Assembly (NCBI GenBank): GCA_035285125.1
Contig: JAYKHR010000066.1
Span: 64,001 to 128,000 of the forward strand
Length of the DNA stretch: 64,000 nucleotides
DNA from: Candidatus Sericytochromatia bacterium
GTDB lineage: Bacteria > Cyanobacteriota > Sericytochromatia > S15B-MN24 > JAQBPE01
Reading direction: 5' to 3'
Below are positions 40,601 to 47,802 of this stretch, piece after piece. Numbering within the stretch: position 1 is the stretch's first letter; each line of letters opens with the position of its first letter. The notes beneath the pieces were generated by a model, which was given only the letters and a program-made list of their open reading frames with translations, searched no databases and was not told the origin of the DNA. The position numbers were made by a program, and so were the translations under genes.

Positions 40601-41356
40601 CGCCTTGGAGAGCAGCTGGCTGACGACCTGCGCCAGAACCGGGTTGATGTTCGGCTTGAAGACGAGCAGGCTCGGGGGAGGCTCCGCGACGTGGGCGCGC
40701 AGCACCTCGCCTCGGGTGTCGCGCACGAACGGCAGGCTACCCGTGGCAAGCTCGAAGATCAGCGCGCCGAGGGCATACAGATCCGCGCGGGGGTCCACCG
40801 GGCCACGCATCACGATTTCGGGCGCCAGGTAGCCGAGAGTGCCCGACACGGGCAGATCGCTACTTCCGCTGTACTCGATGAGGCCGAAGTCCATGAGCTT
40901 CACGGTGCCATCCGGCGTGACGCGAACGTTCTGGGCCTTGATGTCCCGGTGGACGAACCCGAGCTCATGCACGTGCCCGAGGGCCGCCAGCAAGGGCGGC
41001 AAGAGCTTCATGATGGCCGCGCCGTCCATCGGAAGCAGCTCATCGAGCCCGTGACCGGGCACCACCTCCATGGTGAAGAAGGGCGTGCCGTCCTCGAGCT
41101 GGCCGTACTCATGGACCTGACAGCAGTTCGGATGGCGCAGCTGGGTCATCAGGCGGAATTCCTGCCTGAAGCGCAGCGCCCCCTCCGCGCTGAGCTCAGA
41201 GTTGACCTGCTTGAGGGCGACACGGGTGCCTGTGGCCAGCTCTTCGACCAGCCAGACCACGCCCATGGCGCCGGTGCCCAGCTCCTCTATTACGCGAAAT
41301 CGGTTGGCGATGAGGTCGTCGACTTTCACCCTGACCTGCTCCGGCCTCCCGGCCAT
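37604..41356 (-). CDS. Ser/Thr protein kinase-AAA/STAND ATPase-TPR protein
   Basis: GTGAMG, ALK, HRDIKAQN, DFG, APE. LIGRE, Walker A GPPGIGKS, Walker B IILEDW, GNPF, then TPR-like helical repeats. Confidence 0.9.
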   Translation of the reverse strand: MAGRPEQVRVKVDDLIANRFRVIEELGTGAMGVVWLVEELATGTRVALKQVNSELSAEGALRFRQEFRLMTQLRHPNCCQVHEYGQLEDGTPFFTMEVVPGHGLDELLPMDGAAIMKLLPPLLAALGHVHELGFVHRDIKAQNVRVTPDGTVKLMDFGLIEYSGSSDLPVSGTLGYLAPEIVMRGPVDPRADLYALGALIFELATGSLPFVRDTRGEVLRAHVAEPPPSLLVFKPNINPVLAQVVSQLLSKAPQERFQSTSDVLNALGFEAGRASRTLLAPPLIGREAQTGRLTAALERLTRGEGGGTLVLEGPPGIGKSRIIRDFRASLQVDGVVPVATGAGRGEDSTPYAPFREILRALVPTMRECIPEQLDAAAPLLSALLPELAPAGGKEELDDAGQERLRLQGAIHSLLSSLAYVRPYVIILEDWQAADPLSVQLLDYLQRNIGSQPVLRVLALRSQPETLPDWWGASEVLPVEPLGPASVARIVNAVLSQERVSAPFLKTVAQMAEGNPFHVQRLLDHLVRQGVLTPGQQGWDTSLVPDPSSMPRDLQGLLLRKLAELPEDAILVARLGAVLGWSFDLEVVKEVTGFSDDRLLDAIDALLRQGVWVQGDDHKPAWAQALFKDVVYESFTPEHRTAMHAKVALSLEKRIGRTKLREAPFELVKAVADHYIVGCRPDKIVTFAIEVGRRSAALFATREAERYLAVALSLLKADSDARWDKPRLLALRVLGDTRRLSGNTAGARDCYTQAIPLAAKVGASVYQARMLTALADCYTSEDNLAEAVACCEKSLAVSLAAGDKESAARSYHTSAALRYMLGDIPQALAQIQQALSLARETEDRATVAEALAFSGHLHVAALPEKTEEGVAHLEEAIGILTELGHKVGLQNAFNLLGAACYRLGEFRKADQAFVANLNTCFELGLREEEAFARLNLAITAYELGNLEMGLSEVEAAGGIASEANLGLVHALAVTFRAPGLALMGRLFDAGRAMTEAVRLFSASNNKMLEARVLEHRVALLLNLGRAQEARDVAEGLRLLLQSTGNTEPEGHVLAMLGEARAQLGDLVGARSDLDEAMRLALRDRAQGLQVKVRKRCVWLALRAEAYEEALQLGRETLEMANRLGMRVQATELLGLIGEAQIALGDVESLNSFAAMVKEAEAMGARLLEAMGSFGVAASRPYAENAKAVAGRAKQIVQSLVAGLDESASRQFFNPAERQRVFQGNYIEFSIAKRRSAPPPGPKGMPFGLNKL

Positions 41357-41422
41357 GAGGCCCCAAGGCTGGTTATTCCCACGCGCACGGGAAACATGTC
41401 GGGCGACCGTCGCCCTGTCCCC

Positions 41423-41926
41423 TTACCGGGCCTTGGGGCTGGGTGAGGGAGAGGGGCCAGCGCCGGGCGGTGGAAGGTCCGGGTAGCGCACATCGTCGAG
41501 ATCGGGCTCCAGCGCCATCCCCAGCAAGCCCCGGAGCAAGGCTGTGGCGACGATCGGCTGCCCCTTTTTGGCGGCGGTGGCGGCCTCCCGGTGGGCCCGG
41601 AGCCACATTGGCCGTGTCATGTGCGGCAGCTGCACCTGCACGAAGTAGCCCCCGGGGAGCTCCCGCGCGTCGAGCACCTTCCCCTGGAGCCGGACGCGGC
41701 GGCCCATGTTTGTGTTTTCGAAGGCTCTCAGGGCCTCCTCGACCTGGAGCGTCGTCAACTCGGGCCGGGCGATCGCCTGGCGTTCCTTGATGAGCGCGTC
41801 CAGGGCAACCTCGGGCACCAGCGTGGGCGTCGAAGTCGGCTTGGCCTTGGTCCCGACGGCCCAGGCTGGCGAGGACACCGCAGCGAGGCAGGAAAGGGTC
41901 AGCAGGAACTTGGACAGGCTTGGCAT
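41423..41926 (-). CDS. Hypothetical secreted protein, OB-fold-like
   Basis: Signal peptide ending SPAWA. GRRVRLQGKV and KKGQPIVATA resemble OB-fold strands. Confidence 0.65.
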   Translation of the reverse strand: MPSLSKFLLTLSCLAAVSSPAWAVGTKAKPTSTPTLVPEVALDALIKERQAIARPELTTLQVEEALRAFENTNMGRRVRLQGKVLDARELPGGYFVQVQLPHMTRPMWLRAHREAATAAKKGQPIVATALLRGLLGMALEPDLDDVRYPDLPPPGAGPSPSPSPKAR

Positions 41927-41970
41927 ACCCCGATCATCGGCGGCGGCAGGCCTGGACCTGATAGCCCATG

Positions 41971-43845
41971 TCAGGGTGCCAGCCGAGCGCCTCCGAGCAC
42001 CCGACGCCGCCACAGTTCCACCGTGGCAAGGGCACAGAGCGCGGACGCCACGTCGGCCTTGCCAGCCATGTGCAGCTCGACCAGGGCGCGCACACCGGCA
42101 GGATCGAACAGCCCGCCCTCTGCCGCCTCGGCGCTCAGCAGGACGCCCTCGCACCAGGCCCGGCCAACGGTTCGCAGCTGGCGCTGGGGATCGGCGAAGC
42201 TCTGCACCCGGCCCCCCCCCACCTGGGCCAGCCGCCGGCGCAAGAGGGCCCAGGCGCGCGCGCCACGCCCTGCCGTCAGCGGCACGCCGGATCCCGTGCA
42301 GGGCACGGCAGCCAGATCCGGCGCCAGCGCCCGGATCACGCGGGCCTGCAGGGTGCGCCGCTCGGCGTGAGGCAGCGACAGCACCAGGGCCAGCAGGTCT
42401 GGATCATCCAGGGGACGCCGCACCTCGTGGGTGGACTGGGCAATCTTGAGCCCCCAGGTGGAGAACCTCCGCTGGCGGTGCTCCAGGTTGTACACCGTGA
42501 GTCGGTCGGCGAGCGAGCTGCCCTCGCAACGGGCGAGATGTCCGGCCACCGAGGCCGGCACCCACGCGGCCATCTGCTCCCACGCCCCGCGCGAGAGCAC
42601 GGCCCGGGCCAGGTGCGGTGGGAGCACGTTCCAGGTGCGTTCGAGCACCCGCGCCTGCAGCCCTGCCTCCCCCTCGGGGGGATCCAGGGGACGCCGGCCC
42701 GTCAGCAGGTGGCGCAACACGACGGCGGGGAGCCCCAGGCGCCCCTGTCGCTTCAGCGCCAGCACGTTCTCGGCGAACTCACCCCGGGAGAACTCGGACG
42801 TGATACCGACCAGGACGATCGGAGCCACCTGGGCCACCTCCTCGAGCCCATCCGCGTCGTGGGCGTGGAACAGGCTGACCATGCCCTCCCCGAGCTGAAG
42901 CATCTGGTCGACGTGGCGGACGAGGTAGTCCGGTGCGAGGGGCAGCACCTGCAAGGAGGTTTCCCTCGCCCGGGCCAGCCGCCGGGCGAGGCCCACGTCG
43001 TCACTGTCGGGCTCTCCGAAGGTGAACAGGGGCGGCGTGTCGGCCAAACTAGCCAGCACGGTGCGGGAGTCCAGGCCGCCGCTCAGCCCCAGCCCCACGG
43101 GCCCGATGGCACATCGAGCCGACGCCCGCCTGTAAGCCAGGGCAGCGGCCTCGACAGGGTCACCGGGCGGAGGCGCCACCCGAAACCTCGGCCGCCACCA
43201 CGTGTGCCAACGGGCGCCCGCTGGGCCGAGGATCAGCACCGTCCCGGGCGGAAAGATGCGCACGGCCTCGAGCAAGGTGCGATCCCCGAGGGGGTGCTCG
43301 AAGGCCAGAAACTCGGACAACCCGCCCAGGTCTGCCCGCACCGCGCCGGTCAACCCGGCGGCCACCCCTGCCACCTCGGGGGACAGGAGCAGCCGGTCAC
43401 CCTCGAGGCTGTAGGCGTGAGGCAAGGTGCCCGTGCGGTCTCCCCCCACCGCGAGCGTGCCCGTGTCCTCGTCCCAGATCGCGAAGAAGAAGCTGCCCAC
43501 GAACCTGGCAGCCGCCTGCCATCCGCAGGCCGCCCAGGCGGCGAGCAGGGCATCGATGCCGCCAGCGGCGGGGCCGTGCTCGCTGCCGGCGGCCGGGAGC
43601 GTCAGGTCGAGGATTTCACCTGCCAGCAACCCAGTCAAGCCGTGGTGGCGCCCCACGGCCACGGGCCCACTTGCCTGCGGCAGCAGCCCGAGATCGATTC
43701 GCCCGGCCACCACGCGACCGGGCTCGAAGACGCGCCGAACGACCCTTTGGGCCGTTCGCGTGCGGCTCGCTGCGAGCATCTGCTCGAAGCGCTGGGTCAG
43801 GTCGAGCCGCCCGCTGCCTTCCGACGCCACCACGATGCCTGGCAC
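41971..43845 (-). CDS. Asparagine synthase-related amidotransferase lacking the N-terminal Cys
   Basis: MPGI start (MCGI in AsnB), GSFFFAIWD, DRTG, PP-loop LSGGLDSR, TFG, D..AR, RPLDD. Confidence 0.85.
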   Translation of the reverse strand: MPGIVVASEGSGRLDLTQRFEQMLAASRTRTAQRVVRRVFEPGRVVAGRIDLGLLPQASGPVAVGRHHGLTGLLAGEILDLTLPAAGSEHGPAAGGIDALLAAWAACGWQAAARFVGSFFFAIWDEDTGTLAVGGDRTGTLPHAYSLEGDRLLLSPEVAGVAAGLTGAVRADLGGLSEFLAFEHPLGDRTLLEAVRIFPPGTVLILGPAGARWHTWWRPRFRVAPPPGDPVEAAALAYRRASARCAIGPVGLGLSGGLDSRTVLASLADTPPLFTFGEPDSDDVGLARRLARARETSLQVLPLAPDYLVRHVDQMLQLGEGMVSLFHAHDADGLEEVAQVAPIVLVGITSEFSRGEFAENVLALKRQGRLGLPAVVLRHLLTGRRPLDPPEGEAGLQARVLERTWNVLPPHLARAVLSRGAWEQMAAWVPASVAGHLARCEGSSLADRLTVYNLEHRQRRFSTWGLKIAQSTHEVRRPLDDPDLLALVLSLPHAERRTLQARVIRALAPDLAAVPCTGSGVPLTAGRGARAWALLRRRLAQVGGGRVQSFADPQRQLRTVGRAWCEGVLLSAEAAEGGLFDPAGVRALVELHMAGKADVASALCALATVELWRRRVLGGARLAP

Positions 43846-43928
43846 CCCGCCCCCCTCTCTGTCTCGAAGGTCAGGGTGCCAGTGGCGCGCGCGGTCGGCA
43901 TCGGCCGGCCAGCCAGAAAGGTTTGGCG

Positions 43929-44336
43929 TCAGGCCCCGGCGCGGGGCACGAAGCGGAACGCCGCGGAGTTGGTGCAGTAGCGCAGACCCGTCGGCGGTGG
44001 GCCGTCCGGGAAGACGTGACCCAGGTGGCCATCACACTGTGCGCAAACGATCTCGGTGCGAACCATGCCGTGGCTGCGATCGACGTGGGTCTCGATCGCC
44101 TCAGGCGACGCCGGCAGGAAGAAGCTCGGCCAGCCGGTGCCAGAGTCATACTTCGTGTCGGACACGAACAGCAGCGCGTCGCAGCCAGCGCACCGGTAGT
44201 CACCAGGCGCCTTGTTGTCCCAGTATGATCCGGTCAGGGCGCACTCGGTGCCCTTCTCGCGAAGGATGCGGTGCTGCTCGGGCGTGAGCCGCGCACGCCA
44301 CTCGGCGTCGGTGAGCTGGAGCTTGGTCGTCGTCAT
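43929..44336 (-). CDS. msrB: Peptide-methionine (R)-S-oxide reductase
   Basis: KGTE, two Cxx[22 protein letters not shown]. Confidence 0.96.
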   Translation of the reverse strand: MTTTKLQLTDAEWRARLTPEQHRILREKGTECALTGSYWDNKAPGDYRCAGCDALLFVSDTKYDSGTGWPSFFLPASPEAIETHVDRSHGMVRTEIVCAQCDGHLGHVFPDGPPPTGLRYCTNSAAFRFVPRAGA

Positions 44337-44396
44337 CGAAGGTGTCCTCCCAGCGGATCCCCTGCAGGTCCGGCCCCATGATGCCACAACCGGGGA

Positions 44397-46673
44397 TCAG
44401 CCGCCGATGGTGGGGTCTGTCACGGGAGGGCGCCGCTGCCCGGGCCACCAGTTCCAATCGCCCAGCAGCGCCATCGCGGCGGGCAAGAGGATCATCCGCA
44501 CCAGGGTGGCGTCCACCGCGACGGCGACGGCGAGGCCGAGCCCGAGCATCTGCACCACGGCGAAGTCCGCAGCCGAGAAGGCGCCGAAGACACAGACCAT
44601 CACGGCCGCAGCGCTGGTCACCAGCCCCGCCGTGGCCGAAACCCCCTCGACGGTCGCAGCCTCGCTCGTCGCCCCACGGTCCCAGGCCTCCTTGATGCGC
44701 GTCAGCAGAAAGACCTCGTAGTCCATCGACAGCCCGAACACGATGCAGAACAGGCTCAGCGCCACCGTGAGCGGGACATGGTCCAGCGGATGCGCGTGGC
44801 CAAGCCACGCAATGCCCCAGCCGAACTGGAACACGGCGACCACCGCCCCGAGGCCGGCCCCCACCGAGAGCAGGTTCAGCACGACGGCCTTGAGCGGCAC
44901 GAGCACCGACCTGTAGGCGACGCCCAGGGCCAGGCACGTGGCCGTCACCACGAAGGCGACGACGCGAGGCAAGGTCTGATCGAGGACCACGTCGAAGTCG
45001 TTGAAGTACGCGGCCTGCCCGCCGACGAGCACGTCGAAGCCCGGAGGGGGCCTGCGACTGAGGTCGGCGGCCATCGCCCGGCTCTCCTCGAAGGTGAGAT
45101 CGTTCCGCAGCAACACCTGGAACAACGCGGCCCGACCGTCCTCGCTGAAGAACAGCTCCCTGACAAGCGGCACGGTGCGTTCGGCGACCGCGGGCCGGGC
45201 ATAAAACATGGTCAGGACGCCCGCCGGCACCGGGGGATCGAGATCCACGGGGCTCAGCACGGCAGCCACCCTCGCGTCGGCGTGAAGCGCCTGCGAGTAA
45301 GCCAACAGCGTCGGCACCTGGGTGGCGCTGAGGGCCCCAGCCTGGCCCTCCCGCGCCCGCAACACGAGATCGATGGGGGCCACCAGGCCGGCTTGCCCCA
45401 TGGCCGTCAGGGCGTCCAGGCCCTGGACATAGGGCATGGCTTGGGGCATCCAGCGCCCGGTGGGGTAGCCGGTGCGAATGGCCGCCAGCGGGGCGATCAG
45501 CAGTAGCAACAACCCCACCGCCGCCGCCCCGAGCCGCCAGGGGTGGCGGCTGACGAGTTGCGCCCAGGCCACCCACCGGGCCAGCCGGGCCTCGCGGCGT
45601 TGTGCCAGCACGGCCCACGACGCCGTCAACCGGGGCCCGGCCAGGGTCATCAGGGCGGGGATCAGGGTGAGCGCAAGAGCGACGGACACGCCCGCCACGA
45701 GCAAGCCGCCGACGCCCATCGACCGGCTGTCGAGGACCTCGGTGGTGACGAGCCCCCCGAAGCCGATCACGACGGTGAGACCGGAGATGACGACGGCCCG
45801 TCCTGCCGTTGCGACCGTCTCCACCACCGCGGCCTCGACCCCGCGGCCCCGGCGGAGCGCCTCCCGAAAGCGCGTCACCATCAGCAGGGCGTAGTCGATG
45901 CCCAGTGCCAACCCCAGCATCGACGCCACGCTCTGGGTGTAGGTGGAGAGCGCCGTGAGCTGCGCCAGCACCACCAGCAACCCGGAGGCCACAACGATCG
46001 CCACGGTCCCCACGGCCAGGGGCAGCGCGGCAGCCAGCAGGGAGCCGAAGGCAAGCACCAGCACCACCGCAGTGAGCGGCAGGCTCCGGGCCTCCGCCCG
46101 GGCCGAGTCCACCGTGCTGAAGGCGTTGATGTCGTGCGTCAAGGCCGGACGCCCCGTCACGTGCCAGACGATGCCCGCGCCGGGAGCCTTGGTCGCAAGG
46201 GTCTCCGCCACCATCGCTCGGAGGGGAGCCACCACCTGCTCGGCGGAGGCCAGGTCCCTGGCGCTCAGGCCGAGCAGCAGGATGCAGCCCTGCGGATCGC
46301 GGGACCGGAACGCCCTGCTGCCGGGATCGCCGGGGGCCAGGACCCTGGCAACGGCCGGATGGCCGCGCAGCCGGCTTGCCAGTTCGGCGACCACCGCCCG
46401 CATCTCGGGTCCGTCCGCGCGCTCGCGCGGGTGGCGCAGCGTCAGCGCCAGGCCCAGCGTGTAGGGGTTTCGGAACTGGGCCTGCACGGCCTGTTCAGCC
46501 GCCGCCGAGGCTGTGCCGCGCAGGCTGCCCGTGCCGCTCTGCAGCAGCGTGGGGAGCTTGCCAGCAACCGAACCGGCCCCCACGAAGACCGCCAGCCAGG
46601 CGACCAGCACCGCCCAGCGCCAACGCACCATCAGCCGGCCCCAGGCAGCCAACAGGTGAGAGAACGCAGCCAA
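44397..46673 (-). CDS. MmpL-family RND transporter
   Basis: Two repeats with GIDYALLMVTRFRE and GLSMDYEVFLLTRIKE, ending NWWP. GGAGG 7 nt before TTG 46673. Confidence 0.92.
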   Translation of the reverse strand: MAAFSHLLAAWGRLMVRWRWAVLVAWLAVFVGAGSVAGKLPTLLQSGTGSLRGTASAAAEQAVQAQFRNPYTLGLALTLRHPRERADGPEMRAVVAELASRLRGHPAVARVLAPGDPGSRAFRSRDPQGCILLLGLSARDLASAEQVVAPLRAMVAETLATKAPGAGIVWHVTGRPALTHDINAFSTVDSARAEARSLPLTAVVLVLAFGSLLAAALPLAVGTVAIVVASGLLVVLAQLTALSTYTQSVASMLGLALGIDYALLMVTRFREALRRGRGVEAAVVETVATAGRAVVISGLTVVIGFGGLVTTEVLDSRSMGVGGLLVAGVSVALALTLIPALMTLAGPRLTASWAVLAQRREARLARWVAWAQLVSRHPWRLGAAAVGLLLLLIAPLAAIRTGYPTGRWMPQAMPYVQGLDALTAMGQAGLVAPIDLVLRAREGQAGALSATQVPTLLAYSQALHADARVAAVLSPVDLDPPVPAGVLTMFYARPAVAERTVPLVRELFFSEDGRAALFQVLLRNDLTFEESRAMAADLSRRPPPGFDVLVGGQAAYFNDFDVVLDQTLPRVVAFVVTATCLALGVAYRSVLVPLKAVVLNLLSVGAGLGAVVAVFQFGWGIAWLGHAHPLDHVPLTVALSLFCIVFGLSMDYEVFLLTRIKEAWDRGATSEAATVEGVSATAGLVTSAAAVMVCVFGAFSAADFAVVQMLGLGLAVAVAVDATLVRMILLPAAMALLGDWNWWPGQRRPPVTDPTIGG

Positions 46674-46699
46674 GCCTGAACCTCCAAACAAGGGGAGGG

Positions 46700-46708
46700 T
46701 GCTATGAT
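46700..46708 (+). promoter_or_regulatory. Extended -10 of the biosynthetic operon
   Basis: TGC-TATGAT in the 82-nt gap between divergent genes. Confidence 0.5.
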
Positions 46709-46755
46709 GACGGCACGCCCCGGCGCGCGTCCAGCCGCCGCTGGGGACGAGAGCC

Positions 46756-47802
46756 ATGACGCCCACCCCACACGCTCCCAGCCCCGACCTGCGCTGGCTT
46801 CCGCTCTCATCTGAGGGCGTTGAGGCCGCTTTCGCCATCGACCCGACCCCCTGGCCTCTGCCCCTGGGCGAGGTCGCCCGCTGGGGTGGTGAGGCCAGCC
46901 CCTTCCTGGGGCAGGGGCCCGCATCGTGGGTGGTGGTGCCGGGGAGAGCCGCCTTGCTGGTGGGTGTCAACCCACGCGCAGCGGGTGGCCCTCTGGGGAT
47001 GTTCGGCTGGTTGCGGCTCGCGCCCGACGTGGCGGGCCCGGAGCGCACGGCCGTGGTGGCAGCCCTGATCGCGGCAGCGCGTGACTTCACGCGCCGCCAC
47101 GGCGCCACCCGGCTGCGAGGCCCGATGACCTTCTCGACCTGGCTGCCCTACCGGGTGCTGGCCGAGGACTCCCCGGCGGGCGAGGCCGGGTTCCCCGGTG
47201 AGGGGGTCGAGCCTGCTGCCAGGAACGCCCTTTACACGGATGCTGGCCTCGTCGTGACCGACCGCTACCTCACCCAGGCTGTGCCCGACGACCCCGATTA
47301 CTGGGAGGTCGAACTGGCTCGCGAGGCTGCGTTGGCGAGCCGCCGGGGCGGGGGCTTGCACGTTCGCGCCGTCGAGGCCGGCGAGGGGCCGACGCTGTTG
47401 CCGCGCATCCACACGTGGCTCAACGCAACGTTCGCCGGGGCGCCCTACTTCACGCCAATAGGACCCGCAGAGCTGGCAGAGCGGATCGTCGGTCGGGCTC
47501 CGGCCGACGTCGAGGCGGTCCACCTGGTGGCCCTGGACGGGACGGGAGACCCTCAAGGGGTGCTGGTGGGGTTCCTGCACGGCGACAGGGGCATCCTCAA
47601 GACCGTCGCCGTCAGCCCTGCGGTGCGTGGCGGCCGGGCTGCGATGGCCCTGACGTTCGGCTTTCATCGCTGGGTGCGGTCGCGGGGCACGACGTGCGCC
47701 TGGCATGCCCAGATGCACGAGGGCGGCATCTCCCGACGGATGAGCGCCAAGCATGCCCGCCCCGTGCGACGTTACGTGCTGTACGGCGATGCCCACCACT
47801 GA
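46756..47802 (+). CDS. Tandem GNAT-like N-acyltransferase
   Basis: GMFGW, LRGPMTFSTWLPYR, YFTPI, ILKTVAVSPAVRGGR (acyl-CoA-binding-like). Confidence 0.65.
   Translation: MTPTPHAPSPDLRWLPLSSEGVEAAFAIDPTPWPLPLGEVARWGGEASPFLGQGPASWVVVPGRAALLVGVNPRAAGGPLGMFGWLRLAPDVAGPERTAVVAALIAAARDFTRRHGATRLRGPMTFSTWLPYRVLAEDSPAGEAGFPGEGVEPAARNALYTDAGLVVTDRYLTQAVPDDPDYWEVELAREAALASRRGGGLHVRAVEAGEGPTLLPRIHTWLNATFAGAPYFTPIGPAELAERIVGRAPADVEAVHLVALDGTGDPQGVLVGFLHGDRGILKTVAVSPAVRGGRAAMALTFGFHRWVRSRGTTCAWHAQMHEGGISRRMSAKHARPVRRYVLYGDAHH

Noticed and set aside
41971..43845. Lasso peptide cluster
   Set aside because: No B1/B2 (RRE or transglutaminase-like) gene or plausible precursor peptide lies nearby.
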